This document shows positions 44,459 through 57,070 of a stretch of DNA of 64,000 nt, piece by piece. The notes under the pieces are model-generated. The model worked only from the letters and a program-made list of their open reading frames with translations. It did no database searches and had not been told where the DNA came from. The stretch's first letter is position 1; every line of letters begins with the position of its first letter. The stretch comes from Piromyces finnis finn (taxonomy: Eukaryota > Fungi > Neocallimastigomycota). The position numbers were made by a program, and so were the translations under genes. The stretch covers positions 124,001 to 188,000 of the forward strand of contig MCFH01000032.1 of the NCBI GenBank assembly GCA_002104945.1, in the 5' to 3' direction.

Positions 44459-47236
44459 TTAATATGCTTATGCTTATTATTATGTTTGTTATTATGTTTA
44501 TTAATTCTATAATTAACAACATTCCTTTATCCCCAATTATTAAAATATAATTATAAATTACAATCAATTTGTCCAAATAAAGGTCCAAAAATTGGATATA
44601 TAGAAGATACAATTCAAAATAAAATTCGAGAAAATTTAGAGAATCTTATAATCAGTAATCAAATATCAAAAGAGAATATTTATAAATTAGCAAAAAATAA
44701 TTACGATATATTTATGTCAAGTAAAATATTAAGGAAATATATACAGGAAGACAAACAAGAAGACAAAATACAAAATACAGAAACCAATGATATTTTTACA
44801 AACTATATTCGTCAAAAAATATCGAAACTAAAAGAAAAAGAATATATAATTTTTAAAAATCCTCAAAAGAAAGAATTAACGGGAGATGCTATAATTTATA
44901 ATAAATATGATTATTATAAATATTATTTTATTGAAATAGATTATTCTTTAATTAATATTTATTTTCGTTATGTTCATCCATATAAAAGTATTTTAATAAA
45001 AGATATTGTTATGGAACGTATACGAAATAGAACGATAATTCCTCCATTATTGTTATCAATATACGCTTCTGCTCTGATGTATAAACCAAATCCAGAAATA
45101 AAAAAAGCAAGAGAGTATGCTGTAAAAGCATATAATCTACTCATTGATAGTTACTACGATCCAAATGTTCAGGTTATTCAAGCATATACAACGATAGCAA
45201 ATTGCTGTAATATAAAATATAATTTTAATTTTTAAATTATATATTATTTAGGATAGTAATACTATTATTATAATATGATAATAAATAGAATAGTATTAAT
45301 GATATTAGTACCATTATTATAATATGATAATAAATAAATCAAATATATTATTTATAATTATTTATTTATTCATAAAAATTATGTAATATTAATATTCAAT
45401 TTTTTTTTAATATCATTATTATATAACATTTTATCAAAAGTATCAGGAACAAGTCTAAGCTGGGTACTCATTGGATTATCAATAAAATACGCCCATATAT
45501 TAAATTTAAATAAAGAAGATAAAAATTTGAGTAAAAAACTTAATGATGAAAGAAAGAAAACGTTTTGGTATTGCTTTAGTAAAGATATTCTATTTTGTAC
45601 TATTACTGGTAGATCCTATAGATACGATATAGTTAATTCGGATGATACTATAGAATATTTTCGAAAACTGAAGGTAACCAAATGGACAATAGCATTAGTA
45701 GTTCATTTAGTTTTAATAAGACTCCTTCTTGCTGTTAAGCATTATATAGAGGAAAGTCATACTAATACGTTCGAAATAAATTTATTAGAAAATATAATTA
45801 AATATTGGTTTAATTACTATGAATCTAAGTTCGATTATGCATTTGATTATGAAAAAGAAGAAACTGGTAGCATTATTCTATTTAATAAACATTGTATTTT
45901 TTTCTATACCCTAAAAATATTATTTTATAGACATCAATCCTCATCATTTGTTACTAATGAATCCAAAAAATCAGAAGAAAAAATCTTGAATTCTTCAAAA
46001 GGAATAGGATATAGCTTTACTAAAAACAAACTAAAAGAAATCATGAATTTAGATGTACTTTTTAACTATAGCTTAAACTTTATCAATAAAAGTTATCTAC
46101 TAAAGGATAAAGAATCAACATCTTCTCGTTTTAATGGTAATTATCTAATATAATAGATCCATATTCAATTTTAAAGTATAATGATAGTGTAATAAAAATA
46201 TTAATAGTTTTTATTTCAATATAAATTTTTATGTATAACAAAAGAAAATCAATATAATAATAACCATAATATTAGAATGGACAATAAAACTAAAGACGTC
46301 CCAGATGTTTTTTCATTAAAAAATTGTATATACATAAAGGATAGTAAAGTAAAATCTTTAAAAATCGACTACAATTTAAAATATATGAATAATAAGAAAA
46401 ATATATATAGTGAATCAGATACGAGTACTAGTAGTGATACGGATGATACAAGTATCAGAAAAAAATCATTAAAAAGAACCTATGACGAATCATTTTCAGA
46501 TAATGACAATAAATTGATTACTTATCTTAAAAGAAGAAAAACAGTATGTTCCATATTTGATGGTTTTTTAAGTGATAATCTTATTAATATCAAAAAATAT
46601 TTTAAAAAGAATAGTAATGAGGATGAAGTTATTGATAATAAAAATAAAGAAGAAGAAAAGGAGGATGGAGAGAAATTTTCTGATAATAATGGTATGGACA
46701 ATCAAAATGTTAATGTTCAAAATTACATTGACAAAATAATCCTCGGATTAAATGAAAATAAAAATAAACATTCTGAGGAAATTCTTGAAAATGTTTTTAG
46801 ACCTTTTGATAATTTAAAGCCAATTGATCTACTTTACAAATACTTTAACCTAAATACCAATAATACCTCTTCAGAAAAAAAACCGCTACAGGAGAACTCT
46901 ATGGATTCTCTAAGAAAATGTTATATCATTGCTAATTATGTGACAGAAAAGGTTAAAGAATATAAACAATTTTTAACTAAAAATAATATGATAATGAGTT
47001 TTATCTTATCCTGGTGTTGTTATGAAATTGGAATCATCTATTTAATTGTATATGTCGATGAAGGAAAAAAAGAAGATTTAGAAAAAGCTAAATTTTATAG
47101 AGATATATTGGTAGATTCATCAAAATCCTATTTAGCTGTTTCTACCTATTTATCAAAATATAATGAAATACTAAAAGAAGCAGAAATGTCTGTAAAAAAT
47201 AATTTAAAAAAATTAGTTATTAGAGATGTTTTTTAG
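44093..47236 (+). CDS. Zn(II)2Cys6 (Gal4-type) transcription factor with fungal-specific TF domain, multi-exon
   Basis: Exons 44093-44145 and 44249-44352 splice to [31 protein letters not shown]...KKR|GPKIG. Downstream [22 protein letters not shown] and DEERKKTFW-like blocks fit the Fungal_trans domain. Confidence 0.9.
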
Positions 47237-47380
47237 AAAAAAAAAAAAAAAAAAAAAAAAAAAGATATATATCACTTTTTAAAAATTATTATCCTTCATA
47301 AATATTCGTTTTAAAAAAAAAAAAGTTTTTTTATCAATCCATCCAACACCTATCTATCTAATATATTTATTTAATTATTT

Positions 47381-47420
<40 letters not shown>

Positions 47421-47619
47421 ATGATGAATGAATCATCATACAATCCTTTTATCTATTTTAAAATATTTTTTATTTATTTTTATATTTTTTTTCATTTATT
47501 GTTAATTATATTGTATAGATAAAAAAAAAAAAAAAAAAAAAAGAAAGGAAGTTTAACATTTTGAGTTTTATTTATAAATAAATAAATAAATAAATAAAAA
47601 TTAAACTATATAATAACAA

Positions 47620-47650
<31 letters not shown>

Positions 47651-47943
47651 TAGAGATATAATAAATTTGGTATATAGAGATATAAATATATTTTAATTTT
47701 ATGATGTCTTTATTTTTTTTATTTATTATAAATAGAGATATGTAAGAGGCATATTAAATTGGTATATTATTTATAATAATTAAAATAAAAGGGGAAGGAA
47801 ATAAAATAATCTAATTTTGTTTATACCTTGAATTTATACATAATGACATTTTTAATTTTATTAATAAAAAAAAAACTTTTTTTCTAGGATAAAATATTTA
47901 ATATTGATAATAAAAGTAAAAAATTATATATACATATTTTTTT

Positions 47944-50376
47944 TTAAATTAATCCTCTTGGACAAAAAATAAGAGAATCTTCTAAAAATGCATCATAGGC
48001 TTCTTTTTTGGCATTTTCATATAATTTATCATAATAAAAGGATATATAGGGTTCGTTCATTACTTTAATTTGTTCATGGAAATATTCAATATCCTCTTTG
48101 AATTGTTCCAGTTTTAAATTAGCATATATCATCATGTAAAATAGGCCAAGATGATAAAATATAAAACCTAAATAACAAGGATAATGGGCTCGGTTTGGAT
48201 AATTTTGTAGCCTTTCATTCACTCTTCTTAATATTAATTTTGACCATTCTGCATTTTCAAAACATAAATGATAATACTTTTTATAATCAAAATCTTTTAT
48301 CAGAGGATGGAGCTCTAAAAACTCTAGAGGATCGGAATCCTTATCAAGTCTTTTTGATTCTTCTTCCTTCTCTTCCTCTTCTTTATCATACAATTTATAA
48401 TTGAACCCGGAAAACTTTATATTTTTTAATATACAATATTTGTCGTATTTTTCTCGAAAATCTCTATTTTTATAATCAAATTCCAATTGGGAATCATCAT
48501 CATCATCACCATCATCCTCTTCGTCATTCATGTTGTTGTGGCTACTACTTCTGCTGTCGTTTTCGTCATAATTATGATTTGTCGTATTTCTTGTTTTAAT
48601 ATTTATATATTTATTGGAAAATGAAATTTTTTTCTTATAGACATACGGTGATAATTCTATATTATATAATAACATTTTTGCTATCGTGAATAGGGCATGA
48701 ATATAATATTGATGGGTTAAACTATTTTTAAATTTGTTACTTTGAATAAAATTATAATCTTCAATTAATATTCCTAACATATCATCTGATTCATCTATTA
48801 ATTTTTTAAATTCATTTTTATCAAATTCCCCCTTTCTACGGCATCGAATATGATTTAATACTTTGACAAGAAATCTTGTTACTGAAATGGTTTTTATTTG
48901 TAAGCGTTCAAGAGGATGATTTCCAAATAAAATTAAATGATCTAGAAGAACTTTTGGAATGGCTTCATCCAACCAACTAAAATTTTCAGGCAAACAATTA
49001 CACGTCAAATTCAATAATAACTCTGAATTGATATAACCATAATAGAAATCAATATATTCCTTTGCATTAATATCTTTTGTATTCTTGAACATTTTTAATA
49101 ATCTCACCATAAATCCACTTAATATGTAACTAGAATATGTTCCTGGTTCTATAACAAATATTAATATCGTTATATATAAAGAATTATTATTATTGAATTG
49201 AATTAAATTTATGGTTAAAAATAAAAATAAAAATTATATATATATATATACTATTATTATTTTTCTATTCTATTAGGAATAAAAATTTATTTTTAAAACT
49301 ATTGATTTTCTTTTCTTAAATTATTTTATATATGCATATTAATAAATTTTAGGATTAAACTAGGGTTTACCTATATTTGCTATTATATGAGCTGTTTGTA
49401 AATTTTGTATATTTTCTTTATGTAATGTTTTGAACAAATAATACTTTGACCTTGACAAGTAAAAATTATATTTTTCTTTATCACAATTTGGACGATAGAG
49501 ATACGCCGTTGCATATATTGCAAATAATAATCCAGGTAATAAAGTTTTTTGTTTAATCTTCATTAATAATACACCAGGGTTAATGGCTAAACTTATAGAA
49601 AAAGCATATTTGAAAAAGTCGGATATTAAATTAAAATCTATATATAAAGTTTCGGTTGTATTATCAAATTTAAATTCTTGGAAAGAATCTTTAGGTGTAT
49701 ATTCCTTTAAATATAATTCTCTGTAAGTGGTAGGATTGTTTTTATTTTTAAATTCATCTAGTGAAAAAACAAAATGTGAATTATTTAACATTTCTTCATT
49801 TTCATTTTCACTGGGATTTAAATAATCTCGATAGAGAGTATTTAAATTTTCAATAAATTCATCAAACGACCCTGGAATTATATTTCTCTTATTTATATTT
49901 GAATTTGCATTGGCACTGAAATTTCCGTTTTCATTCATTTTCTCTTTATTTTTTATTAAGGAATCTGAATTAAATACATTTTTTATAACCACTTCGCCAT
50001 TTTCTATTTCACATGGAATGTCAGATTGTTCTAATATCTTTTTCAATTCATCATTCACTTTATTTTGTATAAAACCAATTTTTGGTCCTAATTATTTTTT
50101 TAAAAAATATTTATAATTCAATATCACTATTATTTATGTTTTTTTTTTATTTTGTTTTTATCTTTGCTTTTTTTTTTTTTTTTTTTTAAGAAAATAAATA
50201 AAAAAGCTATTATAATTTCCTATAACATTTAATATTATTTCAATTTAAATTATAAATATATGTAAAGAATTACCTCTTTTCTTTCTTTTTGTATTATGTA
50301 TTAATTTTTCTTTATGATCACTATATTCTAATGTTTCATTTTTCCTCTTTTTGGTATCACGTACACTTTCATTTAT
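47944..50376 (-). CDS. Fungal-specific TF-domain protein, paralog of 44093-47236, with no visible zinc cluster; start codon uncertain
   Basis: Shares the KKR|GPKIG linker with the same phase-1 intron, the Fungal_trans-like block (DFFKYAFSI...LLFAIYATAYLY) and a similar C-terminus. The upstream exon has no Cys. Confidence 0.7.
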
Positions 50377-50891
50377 AATAAAATAATAAACATAATATAA
50401 ATATAATGAATGAATTATTAATAAATATTTTGTATTTATTCACATTTAATTTATGTTTAAACTATATTTACATTTTTTTAATTTCCATTATTTTAATAAT
50501 AATGATAAATGTATATATATATATATAAATGACTTTTTTTTATTTATTATATTATTTATATTAATGAAAAATAGTTTTTTAATGTGATGTATAGTAATTT
50601 TCTTTTCATGTATTCTATAATTGTCTTTTCAATATTTTTAGTTTTTATTAGGATTCTTTTTTTTTATTTATTTATTTATTTATTTATTTTCGTTTATGAA
50701 AAAGTAGCACAATTTTTAGTTCAAACCTTATTAAATATAAAAATTGGTAATATATGGAAAATGCCATTTTTAAATGAAAAAAAATAAAAGTAATAGCTTG
50801 TTATTTTTTGTTTAATTCATAAAGAAAATAATAATTGTTGATTTTCCTCTGTTTTAGTACGTGGGATGGATAAAAGTCTAAGAAGGTTTTA

Positions 50892-50922
<31 letters not shown>

Positions 50923-51022
50923 GTATAAAAGTTGATTTATATTTCCATCAAAGATGAATTATATATAATACATATTCAGCAAGCCAAGCTTTTTTTTTAA
51001 GCGAAAAAAATAAAAATTATTC

Positions 51023-51094
51023 AGGGGCGTTCCGGATTTGAACCGAAGACCTATTGATCTGCAGTCAATTGCTCTACCGCTGAGCTAACACCCC
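51023..51094 (-). tRNA. tRNA-Cys(GCA)
   Basis: GGGGTGTTAGCTCAGCGGTAGAGC...CTGCAGA...GGTTCAAATCCGGAACGCCCC-T cloverleaf. Confidence 0.95.
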
Positions 51095-51110
51095 ATTCGA
51101 TGATATTTAT

Positions 51111-51731
51111 TGATAACGGATTGGTAGTTATATTACAACTTTTTAACTACTTCTTCTGTTATCTTATATTGTTTTATCTCGACAGCTATTGTACGAGCTT
51201 TAACAATATCTACTAGTTTTATTAATTTATTTTAAGCTATTTTATAGTTTTAATAGTTTTATTATTTAATAATATTTATATAGAATAATAACACCAGATT
51301 TATTCTATAAAATATTATTTATTATTAACACAATAATTACAAATTAGACAAGTTTAATTTCGTTTTTATATTTTCTTTTATTTATTGTTCTTACGCTCTT
51401 TTTAACAATAATTTTTATTATATAAAAACTTATTTTTGTCTTTTTAAATATTATTATGTATTCACTAATTAATTATATTAACTATTATTAAAATTTAACT
51501 TATTATTAGTAATCTAAGTCTTCCTATTTTCTACTAAAAATTATTATTATTCTTTATATTAAAAATTATTTTTATAATTTAATCCAATCAAATATATAAA
51601 TTTATAAAATATTTGATTTTATGTAAATTATATTTTTATAATAAACTATATAAAATTATTTAATAATTATTTTATAATAAAATTTTCTACTAATATCAAA
51701 TTTATAATATATTTATAATTATTATTTATCA
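51111..51731 (-). repeat. 3' LTR of element 2
   Basis: Direct repeat of 57071-57691; preceded on the sense strand by PPT AGGGGAGGAAA (about 51735-51745). Confidence 0.96.
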
Positions 51732-52065
51732 AGATTTCCTCCCCTAAGATACGACTTAGTGGTAGCTGATAAAAGTATTCATAAATAATAATAAATATAT
51801 AAGTTTTTGATATTTTTATACTAAATATTTAAAAATTTAAATTAAATTTTTTTTTTTTTTTTTTTTTTTTTTATATATATGATAAAAATAATATAAAATA
51901 AAGTTTATAAAAAAAATGATGAAAAATTTGAAAATTTTTATTAATAAAATTTTTTTTCAAAAAAAGTAAAAAAAATAAAATAGATGAGATAAAATTCGTC
52001 TTCAGTATATTAATATGTGTTTTTCTTGAAATTTATATAATAATCGCCATTTTTTTTATATGATT

Positions 52066-54646
52066 TTATAGAGAGGACAAATAGGGCTTCACATTTTTAA
52101 TATGGACATTACGTTCTAATATCTTATGCGTGTCCAGTGTTTCTAGAACTAAAGTGTTGAATTTTGATACTTTCTTCACTTTAAATGGTCCTAAAAAGAA
52201 TGGATCTAATTTTTTTCTACCTATATATCTTACCAACACTAGATCATCTGGCTTGTACCGGTGTTGCATAGACTTTGCTGTTTCATTTCTTTGAAGCCAA
52301 TAGTCGTGAGCTTGCTTGATATTTTCAGTAGCTTCTTGTACCCAATTCTGGTGTCTGACAAAACGTCTGAAATTATATTCTTCGTCAGACTCATCCTTTT
52401 CTTTTGGAATATCTGGTAGCAATACGCTAAGAGGCCATAAGTCTTTTCTTCCATATAAGAGTTCGAAACTACTAAACCCTGTAACTTTCGAACGAGACGT
52501 ACGCAGAGCCCATAAAGTTGCCGGAAGTATTTCGTCCCAATTTTCTTGATTTTTACATAAATGTCGAAGTATTTTTATTATTTCTCTATTTCTGTTTTCA
52601 ACTTGTCCATTAGCTTCAGGGTGATGTGGTGCAACGAATTGAACCCAGGAACCATATAAGTCTATCATTGTTTTTGTTATGTCCGAAGTGAACTGACTTC
52701 CATTATCAGTGACAATTATTTCTGGGACACCATGTCTTGCAAAGACGTCTTTTAAGAAATAAATAACGTCTTGACTTTCGATTCTCTTTAAGGGAGCGGC
52801 TTCAACCCATTTAGTAGTATAGTCTACTAAAACAATGATATATAAATTACCTCTATCTGTTAATGGTAGTGGTCCAACTATATCCAAACCAACTCTAACG
52901 AAGGGTCTTTCAACAGGACTTGAAATATTAGACAGGTTTTTAGGAATGGGTTTTGGACGGTAGCATTGACATTCTAAACATGTTTTAACGACTTTATTTA
53001 CGTCGTTCCACATTCCTGGCCAATAATATATTTCTTTTAATCTGGAAAGTGTTTTTTCAACACCTTCATGGCCGACAAGATGAGCCTTACGAATCAAGGA
53101 GAATTTTAAAGAGTCATCTTCAATAACTTTTAAAAAGTTTCCAGATTTAGAGCGGTAAACAAGAGTACCATTTAAAAATGAATAGTTCTTCTTAACATAT
53201 TCAATAATTTTGGGAGGAGCAAAGGTGGAAATATTATCTTCTTTGTCTTCTAAGATAGAATGAATAGAATTAATATTTAAATTTTGCGAAGAGGGCATAC
53301 GGGACAAAGCATCAGCAAAAACATTATTTTTACCTTTTTCATAAATGATGTCGACTCTAAATTCATTAAACTTGGCTATCCATCTAATATGTCTATCATT
53401 AGAAGGAATACTTGAAGTAAAGAAACCTACAAGTGGCTTATGGTCAGTGTATACTTTTACAACAAGAGGAGAAGCTGCAATATAGGAGCGAAATTTATTC
53501 AAAGCGAATAAAATAGCAATACCTTCTTTTTCAGTAACAGAATAACGCGTTTCAGCATCTTTAAGACATCTACTAACACAATAAATAGGAAACTCAATAT
53601 CTAAAGAGTCAGAAGGCTGTAGAAGAACAGCGCCAACGGCATAAGAAGAAGCGTCAGTACGAATAATGAATTGTTTATTAGGGTCGGGATATTTTAAAAT
53701 ACTGGAGGAGCAAATAAAAGAACGAAGTGTATGAAAGGCATCAGAATGGATATCTAACCAAATAAAACTAGCTTTAGGACTTGTAAGTTTATATAAACAA
53801 CTTGAAATAGCAGCAAAGTTAGGAATAAATTTTCTATAGTAGCTAACTAAGCCAAGGAAGGACCTAAGTTGAGTGACGTTTTTAGGAGTGTTCCAAGAAG
53901 CTATAGCAAGAACTTTAGAAGGCATAGGTTTAATACCATCTGCAGTAAGTACGTGACCAAGAACTTCGACGGAGTTTTTGCAAAAAGAACACTTATCAAT
54001 ATTAATAGAGAATTTATGCTCTCTTAGGATAATAAAAAGTTTTTCAAGGTCCTTTAAATGTTGTTTAAAGTTAGGAGAATAAACTAAAATATCATCCATG
54101 TAAACAAATAGACAAGTACCGATAAGAGGCATAAGAATACGGTTCATCTCACGTTGGAAGGATGCGGGTGCATTAGTTAACCCGAATGGCATAACCTTAA
54201 AGTTAAAATTACCAAACTTAGTAGTGAATGCTGTCTTTTCGATATCTTTGCTATTCATTGGAATTTGATGAAAACCAGAAAAAAGGTCAATAGCAGAGAA
54301 ATATTTTGCGCCATGAACAGATTCTAGTAGTTCATCAATAAATGGTAGAGCATACGCGTCTTTAATAGTAATTTGATTTAATTTTCTATAATCGACACAC
54401 ATACGCCATTTACCATTTTTCTTTTTCACCATAACAACAGGGAATGACCATGGTGAATGAGAAGGTTCAATGAGACCGTGTTTCAATAGTTTCGAAATCT
54501 CTTCTTTTAATGCTTGGGATTGAGCAAGAGATATCTTATAAGGTCTCAGTTTAATGGGTTTGGTGGATGTTAATTCAATAGAATGAGGTTCAGCATCAGC
54601 AACTGAAACATCATCAATGGAATCGATTAAAACATCCCTATAATTT
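52066..54646 (-). CDS. pol: RT-RNase H-integrase portion of element 2 pol (no chromodomain)
   Basis: YMDDILVYS (RT), IRTDASSYAVGAVL (RH), HLVGHEG...CLEC, DDE core with TDNGSQF, GPF motif. The frame is open upstream of the listed TTG start to an A7 run near 54644-54650. Confidence 0.95.
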
Positions 54647-56110
54647 TTTTATTAAAGAATGAAGTTGAATTTGTTCATCCTTTGAGATAATATTATCAAT
54701 ATCAGAAATATCTTTTAAGGAATTAATATTATTCATAATAGTAATATGATATAATTTATTTCCTTGCGATATGGAATCTGATGGTTGAGCAACCATAATA
54801 GAGGATCCATCAGTTTTCATATATAAAGCGTCGTCATCAGGATCTATATATAGCCTATGATCCTTTTGTGACTGGCGCCCAAGTATGATATCATAGCAGG
54901 AATCTTCGTCTTCTAGGATCCAGAAGGTAGTACTTATTTTAAGCTTATCAAAACGAAGAACGAGACTTACTGCTTGATTAGTGGAGATGACTTGTTGGCT
55001 AGCTAGCTTGAAGAATGTTCTTTTAAAGTATTTAATTTTATGTTTCTTTGATATAATATCAAAGAAGGACTTAGTAATCACGTTGACATCAGAGCCTGTA
55101 TCCACTAACACTCTTACAATATTGTTGTCAACAGAACCTATAACAGAAGCGATATTGACTTTATTAATGACGTTAATCTCATTACTAACATCAATGTTGT
55201 CAACACTATTGTTAACATTATTGTTATTATCATTACCATCGACATCACCTTCGTTGATAATATTAATAAATGAACTAATATCATCATCATCAAGATCCAA
55301 ATTTTGAATGGCGTTTATTTTTCTAACGTCATTAGGATCAAGTTTTAAGCCTTTCGCACAAAGTCTTCTAATGATAGGGCTAACAGCAAAGAGTTGTGCA
55401 AAGGTAATACCAGCGTTGGTATTATTGAGAGCATCATATACATCATACTCCTTATTTTTGCCAAGCATAATAATAGAACGTAAGAAGTCGTAATAGTTTC
55501 CTTTCAGCGACTTCTTACTTCCAATAACTTCTTCCTCTATATCATCTTGATTACTAGAGATATCCGGACCAGTTCTCCTTTTGTTTCTGGCTTCTTTATT
55601 TTTCTTCTTGGCAGAAGAGATATTCTTGCCTGCAATTACCGAGGGGTCTAGGATGTCCAGGCGGGAAGTAGTGGTATGAAAATTTGAATTTTTCTCGTTT
55701 TGAATTTCTTGCTGTTCTTTCATCTGAGTGGCCTTTGTGTGTATTGGCAAGGGGTTTTCTCGAAGTTTCTTTTTCTTCGACTGAGTCACGTGATCCTCAT
55801 CTTCACTTTCATCACTTTCTTCAGAACTTTTCCTCTTGAATGCGTAAATAAGGTTTTCGATGTCCTTATCATCGATTGTATTTATCACGTGATTTTGTGT
55901 AACATCATCCTTATCTATGTCTTTGATTGGATCATCCACCAAAGGGTCAGAGAATTTTTCTTCAGAATTTGAAAATTTTTCTGTTTTATGTGAGTCACGT
56001 GTTTCATCAACATAAACTTGCTCGTTTATGTTATTGATATTGTGGGTTTGGTTATTATCAATTTTGGAGTTAGAAGGGGAAGATTGAGAACTTCCCCCAT
56101 TTAATTTAAA
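54638..56110 (-). CDS. Spacer plus aspartic protease portion of element 2 pol, entered by -1 frameshift from gag
   Basis: The -1 frame is open from the gag slippery site through VRVLVDTGSDVNVI; it ends at TAG 54638-54640 after an A7 run. Confidence 0.88.
   Translation of the reverse strand, partial: FKLNGGSSQSSPSNSKIDNNQTHNINNINEQVYVDETRDSHKTEKFSNSEEKFSDPLVDDPIKDIDKDDVTQNHVINTIDDKDIENLIYAFKRKSSEESDESEDEDHVTQSKKKKLRENPLPIHTKATQMKEQQEIQNEKNSNFHTTTSRLDILDPSVIAGKNISSAKKKNKEARNKRRTGPDISSNQDDIEEEVIGSKKSLKGNYYDFLRSIIMLGKNKEYDVYDALNNTNAGITFAQLFAVSPIIRRLCAKGLKLDPNDVRKINAIQNLDLDDDDISSFINIINEGDVDGNDNNNNVNNSVDNIDVSNEINVINKVNIASVIGSVDNNIVRVLVDTGSDVNVITKSFFDIISKKHKIKYFKRTFFKLASQQVISTNQAVSLVLRFDKLKISTTFWILEDEDSCYDIILGRQSQKDHRLYIDPDDDALYMKTDGSSIMVAQPSDSISQGNKLYHITIMNNINSLKDISDIDNIISKDEQIQLHSLIKKL
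56075..56110 (-). other. -1 programmed ribosomal frameshift signal of element 2
   Basis: T TTA AAT heptamer just before the gag stop, 5-nt spacer, hairpin GGGGGAAG-(8 nt)-CTTCCCCT. Confidence 0.85.
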
Positions 56111-56970
56111 TGGTTTTGGGAAAGGAGAGTAGCAATAAACTTATTCATATCTGACATTTCATTAGGGCAAAAACGAGCATCATGTCCTCTCTGATTACAG
56201 CGGTGACAGACATGAATTTTCATCTGGGCAAAACTCTTGGTCAGAGCCTCTAGATCGGATTCCTTAACGTCTTTTGTACCTCCTTGATTTTTATTGTTAT
56301 TACTACTACTACTGTTATTATTACTATTATTATTATTATAAGGCGATTTTTCATTGTTGGTAGTAGTTCTTTTCTTAAAGGAGCTATTGCTTTTGTTTCT
56401 TTTATAGTTATAGTCGGTTTCGTCATCACTTTCATAAGCTGAGATGGTTTCTTCTGCTGTGATGGCGATTCTCATAGCGTCCTTTAAGGTTTTTGGTTGT
56501 TTATTAATAAGAGAATTCATAATGGGAGTTCTCCTATTAAAGGCTTTAATGTAAAGGAAAACAAGTCTTTCTTCAGAAGGCTTATCCCTTTCTTTAATTT
56601 CTTTCAAGAGGTCGTTAAAAGAACGGTTAAATTCTCTAACAGAGCTTTTGTTTACTTTTATTTTTTCTAACTTATTTAGGTTTCTATTAGAGGTTTTATC
56701 ATCCTCAAATAAGTTAGATATTTTATTGATAAATTCATTATAAGATAGGGATCTATCTTCATAATAAATATCACTACAAAGATCCTTTGAGTTACCGGTA
56801 GTAGCAAGCAAAGCAATTCTCTTCTTTTCCTTTTCAGAAAGAGCTAAGTCTTCTAAGATATCTTCAAGTTCCATTTTCCATCTGAAGAACTTAGTATCTT
56901 TCTTGCCAAGAGGGCTTATTTCTTTAGCCATACTAGCGGCTCTTTCAAAATTGTTTTTATTTTCAGTCAT
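56101..56970 (-). CDS. gag: Gag of element 2 (289 aa) with CCHC zinc knuckle
   Basis: CHRCNQRGHDARFC knuckle; PKTLKDAMRIA motif; position just after the PBS. Confidence 0.92.
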   Translation of the reverse strand: MTENKNNFERAASMAKEISPLGKKDTKFFRWKMELEDILEDLALSEKEKKRIALLATTGNSKDLCSDIYYEDRSLSYNEFINKISNLFEDDKTSNRNLNKLEKIKVNKSSVREFNRSFNDLLKEIKERDKPSEERLVFLYIKAFNRRTPIMNSLINKQPKTLKDAMRIAITAEETISAYESDDETDYNYKRNKSNSSFKKRTTTNNEKSPYNNNNSNNNSSSSNNNKNQGGTKDVKESDLEALTKSFAQMKIHVCHRCNQRGHDARFCPNEMSDMNKFIATLLSQNHLN

Positions 56971-57058
56971 ATTTAGTAAATAAATAAGATAATTATACTA
57001 AATATACTAATTAATAGGAATTATTTAAATTATCGGCTTTCCCACGGGACGACTGAGG

Positions 57059-57068
57059 TTCTCCACCA
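57059..57068 (-). other. tRNA primer-binding site of element 2 (TGGTGGAGAA; likely tRNA-Ala)
   Basis: 2 nt inside the 5' LTR; complementary to a tRNA 3' end ...TTCTCCA-CCA, typical of eukaryotic tRNA-Ala. The primer tRNA is not in this window. Confidence 0.7.
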
Positions 57069-57070
57069 CT

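Noticed and set aside
51099-51108. ATGATATTT upstream of tRNA-Cys matches the Ser-Met spacer
   Set aside because: It is in the opposite orientation relative to the tRNA and is a short AT-rich match expected by chance.
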